From positions 1 through 64,000 of IMG/VR virus record IMGVR_UViG_3300044612_000719: DNA of 64,000 nucleotides; one strand, 5' to 3'. The notes beneath the pieces were generated by a model, which saw nothing but the letters and a program-made list of their open reading frames with translations, was not told the DNA's origin and ran no database searches. The stretch is from a virus. Both the position numbers and the translations under genes were made by a program. Shown piece by piece: positions 49,391 through 58,275 of the stretch; the first letter of the stretch is position 1; every line of letters starts with the position of its first letter.

Positions 49391-51304
49391 TTAAACTATT
49401 GATTGACGTCTAGAGACGACTGGTGCAGGCAATATAAATGATACCGTAGTGGCGGCTACCACGACACGACGAGCACCCACGGAAATCGTAGAGTCTGTCG
49501 GCACGTACTCGTCAAACCCTCCCTCAAAGACGTTAATTTCTTCTTCAAAGGCTTCTTTTACTTCGGTTGGTGCTTCCAAAAGTGCTTCAACAATGGCGGC
49601 GGCTTCTTCTCCCGAGAGTTCCCCAGTATCAATAGAAGCAAACACTTCAGTTGCTTGGTCTCCAGTAATGCTTTCCAAAACTGCGGCGCTAGTAGCAAGT
49701 TGGGTTGCTTGGTCACTAGTTACGTCAGTAGCCAAGATGGTGTCCACAACCTCTTGTACCTGTTCCTCAGTAATATTGTCGGATTCCAAAATGTTCAAAA
49801 CCTCATCTAGAACTTCTGCGGTTATTTCAGTAAGTGTGTCTAGGTTCTCAACCACAGCGTCCACAATCTCTTGAACTTGTTCTTCAGAGATATTGTCTGA
49901 GTTCAGAGCGTCCACAACTTCGGACAAAACCTCTGTGGTTAACTCTTCAATGTTGGTCAATTCCTCAACTACAGCCGCTACTTCTTCTTCAGTCAATGGC
50001 TCTAAATTTGGCTCTAAATTTGGCTCTGGCTCAGTTGTGATTGTGGGTTCTTCCACGGTAATCTCTGGGGGTGCTTCAGTTGTTATGGTCTCTGGCTCAG
50101 TGGTCTCTGGTTCTGGTTCAGTTGTTGTGGTTGTTTCTTCGGGAAGCGTCTCCTCTGGCATGGGTTCCTCTACTACTGTCGTTGTGGTGCCTGTCGGTAC
50201 TTCTACGATCGGTTCAGGTTCGGGTTCAGGCTCAGGAGCGGGAGGAACTGTAGATGTTGTGGTGGTGCTTGTTGGGGTCACCGTTGTCGTGGTACTTGTT
50301 TCTGGGACTGTTGTGGAAGTTGAAGAAGTAGATGTTGTCGTCGTCTGAGGTACGGTACTTGTTGTGGTCGTGGATTCCGTGGTCGGCGTCTGCGGCACTG
50401 TTGTTGTGGATGTTGTCGTCGTCGTTGTGGAAGTGGTGGAAGAAGTAGTCGTAGTTGGAGTTGGTTCAACTACGGTTGCGTCAACACTTGCATAAGGCCC
50501 ATATATACATGAACCGTTGCCTTCTCCAACACAAGGTGCGTTACCAGCAGAAACTTTAAACCTAACTAAACCATACCCAGAAGTGTTTGGAAATTGGTAG
50601 GCACCAATCGTGTATGAAGTGTTTTCTGCACGAGTCCATACACCCCAGCCACCAGATTCAACACCTTCAGTCACGTCAAACCATGTAATTGTGTAAATGT
50701 ACGGCTCAAGATTGCCTGCGTCAGGTGCATCCCAATCAAGGGTTACACTTCCGTTCTCGTTTGCAACAGCAGTAAGGTTTTCCACAGCGTTGTAGTACGG
50801 CTCAACTGTTGTCGTTGTGGTTGGTGGAATTGTTGTAGTTGTTGTAGTTGTGGTACTTGTCGTTGTAGATGTTGTAGTGCTGGAAGTAGTCGTAGTGCTA
50901 GATGTTGTAGTGGTAGAAGGTGCATTTGATGGGGCAATGTTTACGTCAATCACATAGGAAGTTCCATACCATCGGTTTGGGTCACCACAACAAACACCTG
51001 TTCGCAAACGGTAAGTACCAGAATTTAGATTTATTGAGATGTATGAATCAAGCCCGTATTGCGAGTCGTCATTTTCAGCAAGAACTTGGTTGTTGGAGTC
51101 ATAGAGCCAAAGCATTGAGTCAATGCCATACTGTTGTGCGTAGGTACGAACCGTGAATGTCTGAGCCTGACTAAGAGTAAAGAAGTAATCTTCAGCGCCA
51201 GTAGTTGTAAAAGAATCCGCATTTGCGGTAGAAACGCCTACTGGAGAAATCCAAGCAAAGAGCGCTACAGGGAAGTAGATCCAAAAACCTTTACGAAGCC
51301 TCAT
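49391..51304 (-). CDS. Large exported surface protein (signal peptide, PPC-like and FN3-like domains, Thr-rich stalks, acidic helical region, C-terminal hydrophobic segment)
   Basis: AAGGAGG SD before ATG 51304; signal peptide ending ANA; DSMLWLYD...AENDDS; poly-Thr tracts. Confidence 0.8.
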   Translation of the reverse strand: MRLRKGFWIYFPVALFAWISPVGVSTANADSFTTTGAEDYFFTLSQAQTFTVRTYAQQYGIDSMLWLYDSNNQVLAENDDSQYGLDSYISINLNSGTYRLRTGVCCGDPNRWYGTSYVIDVNIAPSNAPSTTTTSSTTTTSSTTTSTTTSTTTTTTTTIPPTTTTTVEPYYNAVENLTAVANENGSVTLDWDAPDAGNLEPYIYTITWFDVTEGVESGGWGVWTRAENTSYTIGAYQFPNTSGYGLVRFKVSAGNAPCVGEGNGSCIYGPYASVDATVVEPTPTTTTSSTTSTTTTTTSTTTVPQTPTTESTTTTSTVPQTTTTSTSSTSTTVPETSTTTTVTPTSTTTTSTVPPAPEPEPEPEPIVEVPTGTTTTVVEEPMPEETLPEETTTTTEPEPETTEPETITTEAPPEITVEEPTITTEPEPNLEPNLEPLTEEEVAAVVEELTNIEELTTEVLSEVVDALNSDNISEEQVQEIVDAVVENLDTLTEITAEVLDEVLNILESDNITEEQVQEVVDTILATDVTSDQATQLATSAAVLESITGDQATEVFASIDTGELSGEEAAAIVEALLEAPTEVKEAFEEEINVFEGGFDEYVPTDSTISVGARRVVVAATTVSFILPAPVVSRRQSIV

Positions 51305-51420
51305 GCCCCTCCTTAGACACGAAAGACGGGCCGCCCGCAGGCAACCCGCCTTCGTTGAGTCTCGGTAATACATTGTACTACATTTTTAACAATGTACTCG
51401 TAGAATAGAATAGAAAACAC

Positions 51421-51564
51421 TTAATATACCCCTTCACAGCAGGCGTCTCTGGACCCGCACTCAGGGCAACGGTAGTGGGCATGTTCTGGGCGCATACGAG
51501 CGCCACACCGAACACACTGCTCGCTACAGTCGGTTACTTGAGGACTTGGAGTTTGACTTCCCAT
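51421..51564 (-). CDS. 47-aa Cys-rich zinc-finger protein
   Basis: Read by hand: ...CVRCGARMRPEHAHYRCPECGSRDACCEG. Confidence 0.7.
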   Translation of the reverse strand: MGSQTPSPQVTDCSEQCVRCGARMRPEHAHYRCPECGSRDACCEGVY

Positions 51565-51692
51565 GCACCTACCCCTACAGACCGAATGTTTAATAAAACA
51601 GACGACTTGTAGCCATGTGCCTTTGCAAGACGCATTGCTTGATCAATGGCATCCTGCATTCCAGGCGTATGAATCGGATAGGTCACAATCAC
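51534..51692 (-). CDS. 52-aa hypothetical protein
   Basis: GTG start 6 nt after TAAACT; open frame to TAA at 51534. Confidence 0.55.
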   Translation of the reverse strand: MIVTYPIHTPGMQDAIDQAMRLAKAHGYKSSVLLNIRSVGVGAWEVKLQVLK

Positions 51693-51697
51693 ATGTA

Positions 51698-51704
51698 TAG
51701 TTTA
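51698..51704. promoter_or_regulatory. Overlapping divergent -10 elements (TAGTTT on +, TAAACT on -), each 6 nt from a start codon
   Basis: Only 17 nt separate the divergent starts at 51692 and 51710; no room for SD sequences. Confidence 0.65.
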
Positions 51705-51709
51705 CATCA

Positions 51710-52285
51710 ATGAAACTCCTTAACGCAGGGTGCGGAACCCATTACGCAGACGGTTGGGTAAACACTGACGTTTGGCAGAACCATGAAACACGACCTGATG
51801 TACTTCTTAAACCAAATGAGCCTTACCCATTTGAGGACAACACATTTGACGCTGTATTAATGAGTCACGTGTTGGAACACATTGCATGGGCAGAAGTGCC
51901 TGCGTTCCTTAAAGACATGTCACGTGTGGCTAAACCAGGCGCTCCAATGTTAATTGTGTGTCCTGACGCTTACAAATCCATCAAGATGTGGCATGAAGGA
52001 AGATTACCGTGGTGGCTAGTTGAGGCGGTGTTGGAGCACCAACATATGAAGCCAGAAGATATCGGTGATAACCCATGGTGGGATAACGCACCACATCATT
52101 GGAATGCTCATGAGAAGCGTGTAGAAACTTTACTTAGAGATCTTAAATTTGTAGATATAGAAAACATCATCAACGAAATGCCTAAAGGTGATTCATGGGT
52201 GGATAAGTACATACCTGAGTTGACTTGGCATACTATCGGTGTTGACGAATGGCAATTGGCTTTTAGGTTTAAAAACATTATTTAA
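51710..52285 (+). CDS. SAM-dependent methyltransferase (type 11)
   Basis: LLNAGCG motif I, PFEDNTFD...HVLEH...RVAKPG. Confidence 0.88.
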   Translation: MKLLNAGCGTHYADGWVNTDVWQNHETRPDVLLKPNEPYPFEDNTFDAVLMSHVLEHIAWAEVPAFLKDMSRVAKPGAPMLIVCPDAYKSIKMWHEGRLPWWLVEAVLEHQHMKPEDIGDNPWWDNAPHHWNAHEKRVETLLRDLKFVDIENIINEMPKGDSWVDKYIPELTWHTIGVDEWQLAFRFKNII

Positions 52286-52886
52286 TCCAAATACCTATAC
52301 GTTCTGCCTCTGCACCGTCGTCACTGACAAAAGTGTAACCCTCTGGCATTGGATCTGCTTCGTCAAACCATACGGGAATCATACAAGTGTTCCCGTAAAC
52401 AAAATCAGGGTTACCTCTTAAATGCACTTCTATGAGGTTGCCGTCAATAAACTCACAATTTATAGTTTTGTATCTATTAACTAAGTGTTTTAAGAAACTA
52501 GGTAGCGGGTAAGTCTTATCAACCTTCTCCCAATAAACAAATCTGCTGTATGGATGTTCTGCATGTTTGACACCAACTACAGATAACACTGGTTTGCCTA
52601 ACTCGTAATCAATGCTTAGATGCTCGCCTGTAAAGATCTCACACCAAAACTCACCTGGATGTAGGTGGTTTGTGTTGTGAATAAGATGCTCAACACGTGC
52701 TTTAGTCCCCATGCCATTGATATTCATGACTGGTTTAACGAAATAATCGTTAGGAGTTGGGACTGTTACGCCCGTGGGACCACACAGGTGTCCAGCACGT
52801 CTTGCAACGATTAATTTATCAAAGACCCATAAGTCTTCGTCAGATGTATTCCCAACCCACGCAATAGCGTCTGGGGATGGGCGCAT
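52278..52886 (-). CDS. ATP-grasp-like hypothetical protein
   Basis: DKL, FVKPVMN..GMG, WCEIFTGEHLSIDY, NCEF...IEVHLRGNPD. Confidence 0.55.
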   Translation of the reverse strand: MRPSPDAIAWVGNTSDEDLWVFDKLIVARRAGHLCGPTGVTVPTPNDYFVKPVMNINGMGTKARVEHLIHNTNHLHPGEFWCEIFTGEHLSIDYELGKPVLSVVGVKHAEHPYSRFVYWEKVDKTYPLPSFLKHLVNRYKTINCEFIDGNLIEVHLRGNPDFVYGNTCMIPVWFDEADPMPEGYTFVSDDGAEAERIGIWIK

Positions 52887-52887
52887 A

Positions 52888-53169
52888 CTATTCTTCGTCG
52901 TCAGGGATTCCGTTGCCGTCTTTGTCCTCACCGTTACGTCCTGTGGAGATCATAAGACCTGCCAACGTACCAGTGATAAAAGTTGCAACAGAAGAAAGCA
53001 CACCAAAGAACATCTTGTCGTTTTCGGCTTGAGCACCAATCGGCTGTGTCACGAATACGAGTGCGTAGAGAATGAAGCAGGTGGTGATCAACAAAACTGC
53101 ACCGAGCATGCAACCAATGACAAACTTAAGACGGGCGTCTAGTTCTGCTGGGGTAAGGCGCTTTTTCAT
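52888..53169 (-). CDS. Two-TM membrane protein
   Basis: Two long hydrophobic helices; C-terminal DKDGNGIPD. Confidence 0.75.
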   Translation of the reverse strand: MKKRLTPAELDARLKFVIGCMLGAVLLITTCFILYALVFVTQPIGAQAENDKMFFGVLSSVATFITGTLAGLMISTGRNGEDKDGNGIPDDEE

Positions 53170-53390
53170 GGGGCAACTGTCTCCTCGGTAGGAACGGTGT
53201 CAATAAATAAAGATCCTGTGAGTGGATCAAATCCGAGCAATACGTCTGGGCATGCTCCGTCTACTTCACATGCTGGTCTTTGGCATTGTGGGGCTTCCCA
53301 GTTTGCAGGATCTTGGCATTCGTAGCGGTAACCGCCGTCGTAACCACAACCCGCAAGCAAAACAGCAGAGATGAAAAGTAGTTTCTTCAT
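53166..53390 (-). CDS. Small Cys-rich lipoprotein
   Basis: Lipobox LAGC; RYECQDPANW...C..P.C...G.C. Confidence 0.75.
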   Translation of the reverse strand: MKKLLFISAVLLAGCGYDGGYRYECQDPANWEAPQCQRPACEVDGACPDVLLGFDPLTGSLFIDTVPTEETVAP

Positions 53391-53407
53391 CTACCGATTA
53401 TAGATGA

Positions 53408-53605
53408 TTAGACCTTAGAGCGCCTTTTGAAGTCTTGGTGCATGAGGTAACCACGGTGGTCACGGTACTTTTCTTCATAGGTAGGAGCAACGTGCTCGTC
53501 TACAGTGCGCATCAGATGGCGGTGGAAAGAGCGGATAGCAAGAAGAATGGCGGTGGCGATAATAAAAGTAGTCATAAGGGGTTTAAGTATAACCGATTTA
53601 GTCAT
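53408..53605 (-). CDS. Small single-TM protein
   Basis: ORF track; hydrophobic N-terminus. Confidence 0.55.
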   Translation of the reverse strand: MTKSVILKPLMTTFIIATAILLAIRSFHRHLMRTVDEHVAPTYEEKYRDHRGYLMHQDFKRRSKV

Positions 53606-53608
53606 AAT

Positions 53609-53782
53609 TCATCCTCCATTGGAATAAAAGCCACGACCGACCAGATTAACTGCTGGGGAGAAGTAGACAGGGCGTAACTGCTCACCGCAGTCTGGACAGT
53701 TGATTACTTTTTGTTCGTCATAGATACTGCGGGTTTCTTCATGACGGTGGTCATTCCCGCACTTGTAAGCATATGTTGGCAT
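53609..53782 (-). CDS. FmdB-like zinc-ribbon protein (57 aa)
   Basis: Read by hand: MPTYAYKC..DH...CPDCG...GRGFYS. Confidence 0.85.
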   Translation of the reverse strand: MPTYAYKCGNDHRHEETRSIYDEQKVINCPDCGEQLRPVYFSPAVNLVGRGFYSNGG

Positions 53783-53791
53783 GACAGTAGT

Positions 53792-54247
53792 CTAGCGCTT
53801 GTAGCGGGCGCCTTGCTTACCAAGGTTTACACGTCCTAAATTTTCAGATACATCTTCACCAGTATCAAGATCAGTCATAGATCCTGGGCGAATCTTTAGA
53901 GGGTTACCACCACGAAGGTTAGGACCAACAGTTCCTCTAACAAAAGTGTTACGTGTCTTTGCTTTTGTTGGATTTTCTAGATGTTTTTTAAGTTCCCTAG
54001 CGTCTACTGCCATACTGGCGTTTTCTAATGAAATGTTTTTACTGTGCCCAATAAGGAGTCGGGAGTTATCAAGAACGCTGTAGATAGGTTCACCTAAGGC
54101 TTTAGTAGCAGGGGTGTGCATATGGACGTTGACAGGTGTGCCCCTTAGACCAACCATGGATTCAGGACTGATAATGCGAACAGGTGTTCCACGAACAATG
54201 TGCTCTTCAGAAAACTGAATGCCATTAAGGTCACGTCTACTAGCCAT
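53792..54247 (-). CDS. Hypothetical phage protein with N-terminal LNGIQF tag
   Basis: YSV...IGHSKNISL.NA...RNTFVRG pattern; TAATG coupling. Confidence 0.7.
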   Translation of the reverse strand: MASRRDLNGIQFSEEHIVRGTPVRIISPESMVGLRGTPVNVHMHTPATKALGEPIYSVLDNSRLLIGHSKNISLENASMAVDARELKKHLENPTKAKTRNTFVRGTVGPNLRGGNPLKIRPGSMTDLDTGEDVSENLGRVNLGKQGARYKR

Positions 54248-55089
54248 TAGTCAATCCCTGGAAGTTTCATTTGCTCGCCTTGCATGGCAGGGCGCTTTTC
54301 ACGTTTATTTAATCCAGCAAGTCTATAGGCTGTTTGCCTACCTTCAGCAATTGTTTGAGGTGACAAACGTTCAGCGTTACTAAAGTCAAGGTGTTCTGGA
54401 CGATGAGCCATACTCCATTTAGTGTCGTCAGGGCGCATTAGTGTTTGCCTACCTGACTCATTATTTACGGCTCCCTTAATAACTCCCTTTTCTATTCCTT
54501 TACGAGCCAACCTACTGCTGTATTGCGTCATACTTCCAGGGCTGTGAAACTCTGCATCAGGGTGGTCATTCATAGCGATACCTATAAGGGTAGGTAAAGA
54601 ACCACGCAATGTAGGGTGCATAAAAGCATTTTCAAATTGAACTTTACGTGGTTTGCTGGTAAACAACTCTGTAGGTACAGGTATGTCTTTGCGAGTTTCC
54701 GCAGGGGCATTGTGGTCTAATGCCGCACGTAGTTTCTTTGTACGCTCAGGATCACGTGTTGCGATCATGTCACTTGTTGCTTTTTGATTTTTGTCCCACA
54801 TGTAATGCTGGCTAATGCCAGTGTCTAAAGTCTGTTGGGCGTGTGGGTAACGAGGGTCGTGCGTGTTTGCTTTTAATCTTTCCATGTTTTCTGGATCAAA
54901 ATCAAAGTTAACAATAGTTTCAGCAGGTTCTATTGTTTCCACTGCAATGTGTCCATAAGGTACGTGTGTTGGAGGTTTTTGACTCAGTTCATCAAACTGG
55001 TTACCGTGAACCAACTTATCCCCGACAATAGAATACTTAGTGTTTCTACCACCGTACCAGTGACTATCTTTCTTATAAAACTTAGCCAT
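54247..55089 (-). CDS. Hypothetical protein, paralog of 58275-58934; C-terminal EQMKLPG
   Basis: Shared TELFT.[KR]P...DHP.A....P.S[ML]..[YF]SS[RK]LA blocks. Confidence 0.7.
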   Translation of the reverse strand: MAKFYKKDSHWYGGRNTKYSIVGDKLVHGNQFDELSQKPPTHVPYGHIAVETIEPAETIVNFDFDPENMERLKANTHDPRYPHAQQTLDTGISQHYMWDKNQKATSDMIATRDPERTKKLRAALDHNAPAETRKDIPVPTELFTSKPRKVQFENAFMHPTLRGSLPTLIGIAMNDHPDAEFHSPGSMTQYSSRLARKGIEKGVIKGAVNNESGRQTLMRPDDTKWSMAHRPEHLDFSNAERLSPQTIAEGRQTAYRLAGLNKREKRPAMQGEQMKLPGID

Positions 55090-56780
55090 TAAACTTCAAA
55101 ACCTGGTAACTGTAGTTGTTCACTTTTAGAAGCAGTTTTAGCATTAACACGGTCTTGGTAGAATTGACGTGCTTCCCTACCTGCTGTTCTTAAACTCTTA
55201 TTTGGGTTGCTATCAATAGCATTACGAACGTGCTCATGGGCGTCGTATAAGTGACCCAACATTAGTTTATTAGCAAGGTCTCGGGTTGGTCGGGTTTCAT
55301 CTGCTGTGGAATGACGCATAACTAATTGCTTGCGTGTAGGTGTTTCTCTAAACACTTTAGGATCAGCAACAGCGCTTGCGTGGGCACGCACTGCCGAGTA
55401 CACAGCCCTTTCAGTATTAGTAGTCCAACGACGGTGTCCTGTAGTGTATCCAGAACTGGCGTGTAGATCACCTACATCACCAGTTTCAAACATTCTTTGT
55501 GAATACTTGTTGTTATCATCTGCACTACCCCATAGATCCCTATGAGCATCAGCAATACCTTCTGATACAGGGTCTGCCCCACCTTTGTCGTAAATGTCAA
55601 AACGATGCTTATTATCCATTTTGTGACCCATCTCATGGATGATGGTAGAGCGAGACACACTTGGATTTGTTTTTGTCACAATGGTTTTACCACGAACTGT
55701 TTTTTCAACAGGGGTTCCCCCAGTTACTTCACTTCGTGTATGCCATGTTTTTTCTGACCACCTGTTTGCACCATACCCATATACACCAGCGTATGGTTCT
55801 ACAGCAACATTTGGGTTTTTCTTTTTAATGTCAGAACCTGTTCCAGAAAATGCATTTATTTGATAACCCTTTTCAACAAAGTCTTCTGCTTTAATATTTT
55901 GAGCATTTACTTGTTTGTTTCCACCAATCATGTTTGGTGCTTTAGGAATCTTCTTTTCAATTTCTCCGACTGTGTTGTATCTTGAATAAGAGCGAGTGCC
56001 TGGTTTGTCTTTTTGCGTCCATTGACGACCTTCAGGGGTAGTGACAACTGCACCAGCCCTTAATGCATCGTTAATTGGCAGGCCCATGCGGTGAGATTGT
56101 TCATCACCTAAATCTTTACTTAATTGTTGAATAAACTTAGGATTGTTTATCGGTGTCTTGTCGCCACCTGTTATCACTGTACGGGTAGTGTCAGGTTCTT
56201 TGGAATAGGTTTTTTCGTAGTTTAATGGTTGACGAATAACATCAATTCTTCCAGAAGTAACCCCTTCAAGACTCGCTCCTGGGAATGTATTGTCAATGTG
56301 CCCTGCATGTCTTACGTCCTCAACAGCCACTGCTAACGCTGGCTGTTTGTTTGCAAACTCTGAATTAATCATGTGGGTAGACATTTGAGAGGTATCTACG
56401 GCGTGGGTGTAGGCATTACGTGAATCTTCGGCAGTTTTCTTGCTCAAAGGTTTTCCAGTCAAATTCCTAGTACGAGCCACACCAGCATTTTTACGGTAGG
56501 TCTCAAGATCAGACATTCCTAGACCTTTTTGAATTGCTTCAATGCGCTTTTCATGAGGGATCAACGGGTCATTGCGTCTACCCGTACCTGTTTCAGGACT
56601 GAACAACATTCCTTGTGCGTTAACAGTTCTTGCTTGAGCACGTGCCGCAATACCTGAAGTTTGTTCTATTTCGTACTTATGTTTACCTTCAGCAAAACCA
56701 TGAGGGTTAAGCAAAGACGCATGAGTCTCACCTTGGTCATCATGCCAGTAGGTGTTTTCAAACTGTCGTCCAAGAGCCAT
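55089..56780 (-). CDS. Zincin metallopeptidase-domain protein; N-terminal LGRQF and C-terminal EQLQLPG
   Basis: STIIHEMGH (HExxH) with downstream SEGIAD third-ligand motif. Confidence 0.7.
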   Translation of the reverse strand: MALGRQFENTYWHDDQGETHASLLNPHGFAEGKHKYEIEQTSGIAARAQARTVNAQGMLFSPETGTGRRNDPLIPHEKRIEAIQKGLGMSDLETYRKNAGVARTRNLTGKPLSKKTAEDSRNAYTHAVDTSQMSTHMINSEFANKQPALAVAVEDVRHAGHIDNTFPGASLEGVTSGRIDVIRQPLNYEKTYSKEPDTTRTVITGGDKTPINNPKFIQQLSKDLGDEQSHRMGLPINDALRAGAVVTTPEGRQWTQKDKPGTRSYSRYNTVGEIEKKIPKAPNMIGGNKQVNAQNIKAEDFVEKGYQINAFSGTGSDIKKKNPNVAVEPYAGVYGYGANRWSEKTWHTRSEVTGGTPVEKTVRGKTIVTKTNPSVSRSTIIHEMGHKMDNKHRFDIYDKGGADPVSEGIADAHRDLWGSADDNNKYSQRMFETGDVGDLHASSGYTTGHRRWTTNTERAVYSAVRAHASAVADPKVFRETPTRKQLVMRHSTADETRPTRDLANKLMLGHLYDAHEHVRNAIDSNPNKSLRTAGREARQFYQDRVNAKTASKSEQLQLPGFEV

Positions 56781-56789
56781 ACACTTAGT

Positions 56790-57431
56790 TTAGTTGATAT
56801 GAACGCTTCCCGAGAACGACACACCTTCTAAATTAAAATTCACAAAAGGGTTTAGAGAGTACACAGTGCAACCAAACTTTTCTGCTAACCATCGCTTTAG
56901 CATGATTAATTGAGTGTTGTACAACTCCCAAGGGTTATCACCAGGGACATAAGCGCCAAAACGATCTCTACCGTTCAACTTGCCACAGTCGGCACCAACC
57001 AACACAATGTGTTTAGCGCCCATGTAGGCGGCTAAGTGCATCGCACCATGAATACTGGAGGCACCAATGACCAACCCATCTGTTGGAGCGTCCTTACCAT
57101 AGGGGTCAAAACTCGCTCCAGGCTGTCCTGTCTCCGTTTCAAACAGCACAACGTTATCGGGAACGTCTCCGACCCACTCTTCAGCGTTCCCATGCTGTTT
57201 TTTAGGCGTAAAAACGTAATTTGAACACTCTGACATCTCTAATGAGTCGGCGTGATAGTGCGAAAACGTGTAGTAGTTCAATAAATTAAACGTTTTGCCA
57301 ACAAAATTGACCCCAACACACACTTTGTCATCAAAAAATGACGGTGTTAAGAAATCTAAAGAGCCACCAGAGCCTAAAACCCAGACAGTTTCACCTTTGT
57401 ACAGGTCTTTGAAGGTTTCTAACGCTGGCAT
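56790..57431 (-). CDS. DUF115/MAF (MptE-like) glycosyltransferase-fold protein
   Basis: FKDLYKGETVWVLGSGGSL, GVN, AMHLAAYMGAKHIVLVGAD. Confidence 0.78.
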   Translation of the reverse strand: MPALETFKDLYKGETVWVLGSGGSLDFLTPSFFDDKVCVGVNFVGKTFNLLNYYTFSHYHADSLEMSECSNYVFTPKKQHGNAEEWVGDVPDNVVLFETETGQPGASFDPYGKDAPTDGLVIGASSIHGAMHLAAYMGAKHIVLVGADCGKLNGRDRFGAYVPGDNPWELYNTQLIMLKRWLAEKFGCTVYSLNPFVNFNLEGVSFSGSVHIN

Positions 57432-57472
57432 GGCTAGAGATTAGCCCCTTTCACCGAAAAATTGTACAAAAG

Positions 57473-57853
57473 TTAGTCTAAATCTTCTTCTGGTTGATAG
57501 GAAGTACGGGAATAATATTTGTCTTCAAACTTTGAAGCAATATGTGTGGATGCTGGGTTGATAGTCAAGCCCCAATCAACATGTGATTTTGGGTAACGGT
57601 TGTACAAGTGCTCCATAAGGCGTTGAGCATGTCCTTGTCCTTCAACATGGCTCTTTAAATAATCTACTTCTATTCTTGAGGATGGGTCAGAGTGTGGGTC
57701 GTTATAATGCTCAAAAGACACACGTGCAAGGTCTAAGCCTTTTTTAGGGTCTGTCAACGTAAGGGAATGCCATCCTCTTCCACCAGACACGCCCTGTCCT
57801 AGTTTTTGATGGACTATTTTAAATTGTCCACCTAAATTCTCGTGTGCCGCCAT
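57473..57853 (-). CDS. GNAT-like protein with N-terminal AHENLGGQF tag
   Basis: IEVDYLKSHVEGQGHAQRLMEHL acetyl-CoA-binding-type motif. Confidence 0.65.
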   Translation of the reverse strand: MAAHENLGGQFKIVHQKLGQGVSGGRGWHSLTLTDPKKGLDLARVSFEHYNDPHSDPSSRIEVDYLKSHVEGQGHAQRLMEHLYNRYPKSHVDWGLTINPASTHIASKFEDKYYSRTSYQPEEDLD

Positions 57854-58275
57854 TATCTTTTCCTTGTAGGTGGGGTAAATACATATGCGTCAATGGATGG
57901 GCGTTTATCAATTAAAGCAGCAGCAATACGGTGATGTCCATCTAGAATTTCAGCAGTACCTTTATGCATATATACCTGTGGATACTCCAAATGCTCGTAT
58001 TCTGGGTCTTCTTCCTCACCGTATATGTCTGATTTTCGCTCAGAACCTGCTTTCCTGTAAGCATCTACTGTTCTGGGATTTAAGTCAGTTTGTTTGTTGC
58101 TAAAAAACTTGGTGTTTTGAAGGTCTAGTTGTGTAGTTCCACGTTCTACTGCTTCAGAATAATCTTCTTTAAACAGTGGTCTACCTTTCATGGGCCAATT
58201 TTTGGGAGTAGATGTACCAATACCTACTTTTTTAAGGCTGTCAAACTGACCGCTTAAGTTCTCGTGTGCACCCAT
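57853..58275 (-). CDS. ParB/Srx-like protein with N-terminal AHENLSGQF tag
   Basis: PQVY...ILDGHHRIAAA. Confidence 0.75.
   Translation of the reverse strand: MGAHENLSGQFDSLKKVGIGTSTPKNWPMKGRPLFKEDYSEAVERGTTQLDLQNTKFFSNKQTDLNPRTVDAYRKAGSERKSDIYGEEEDPEYEHLEYPQVYMHKGTAEILDGHHRIAAALIDKRPSIDAYVFTPPTRKR

Noticed and set aside
50250-50920. Thr-codon tracts as a DNA tandem repeat or contingency locus
   Set aside because: Codons vary at third positions, so this is protein-level low complexity.
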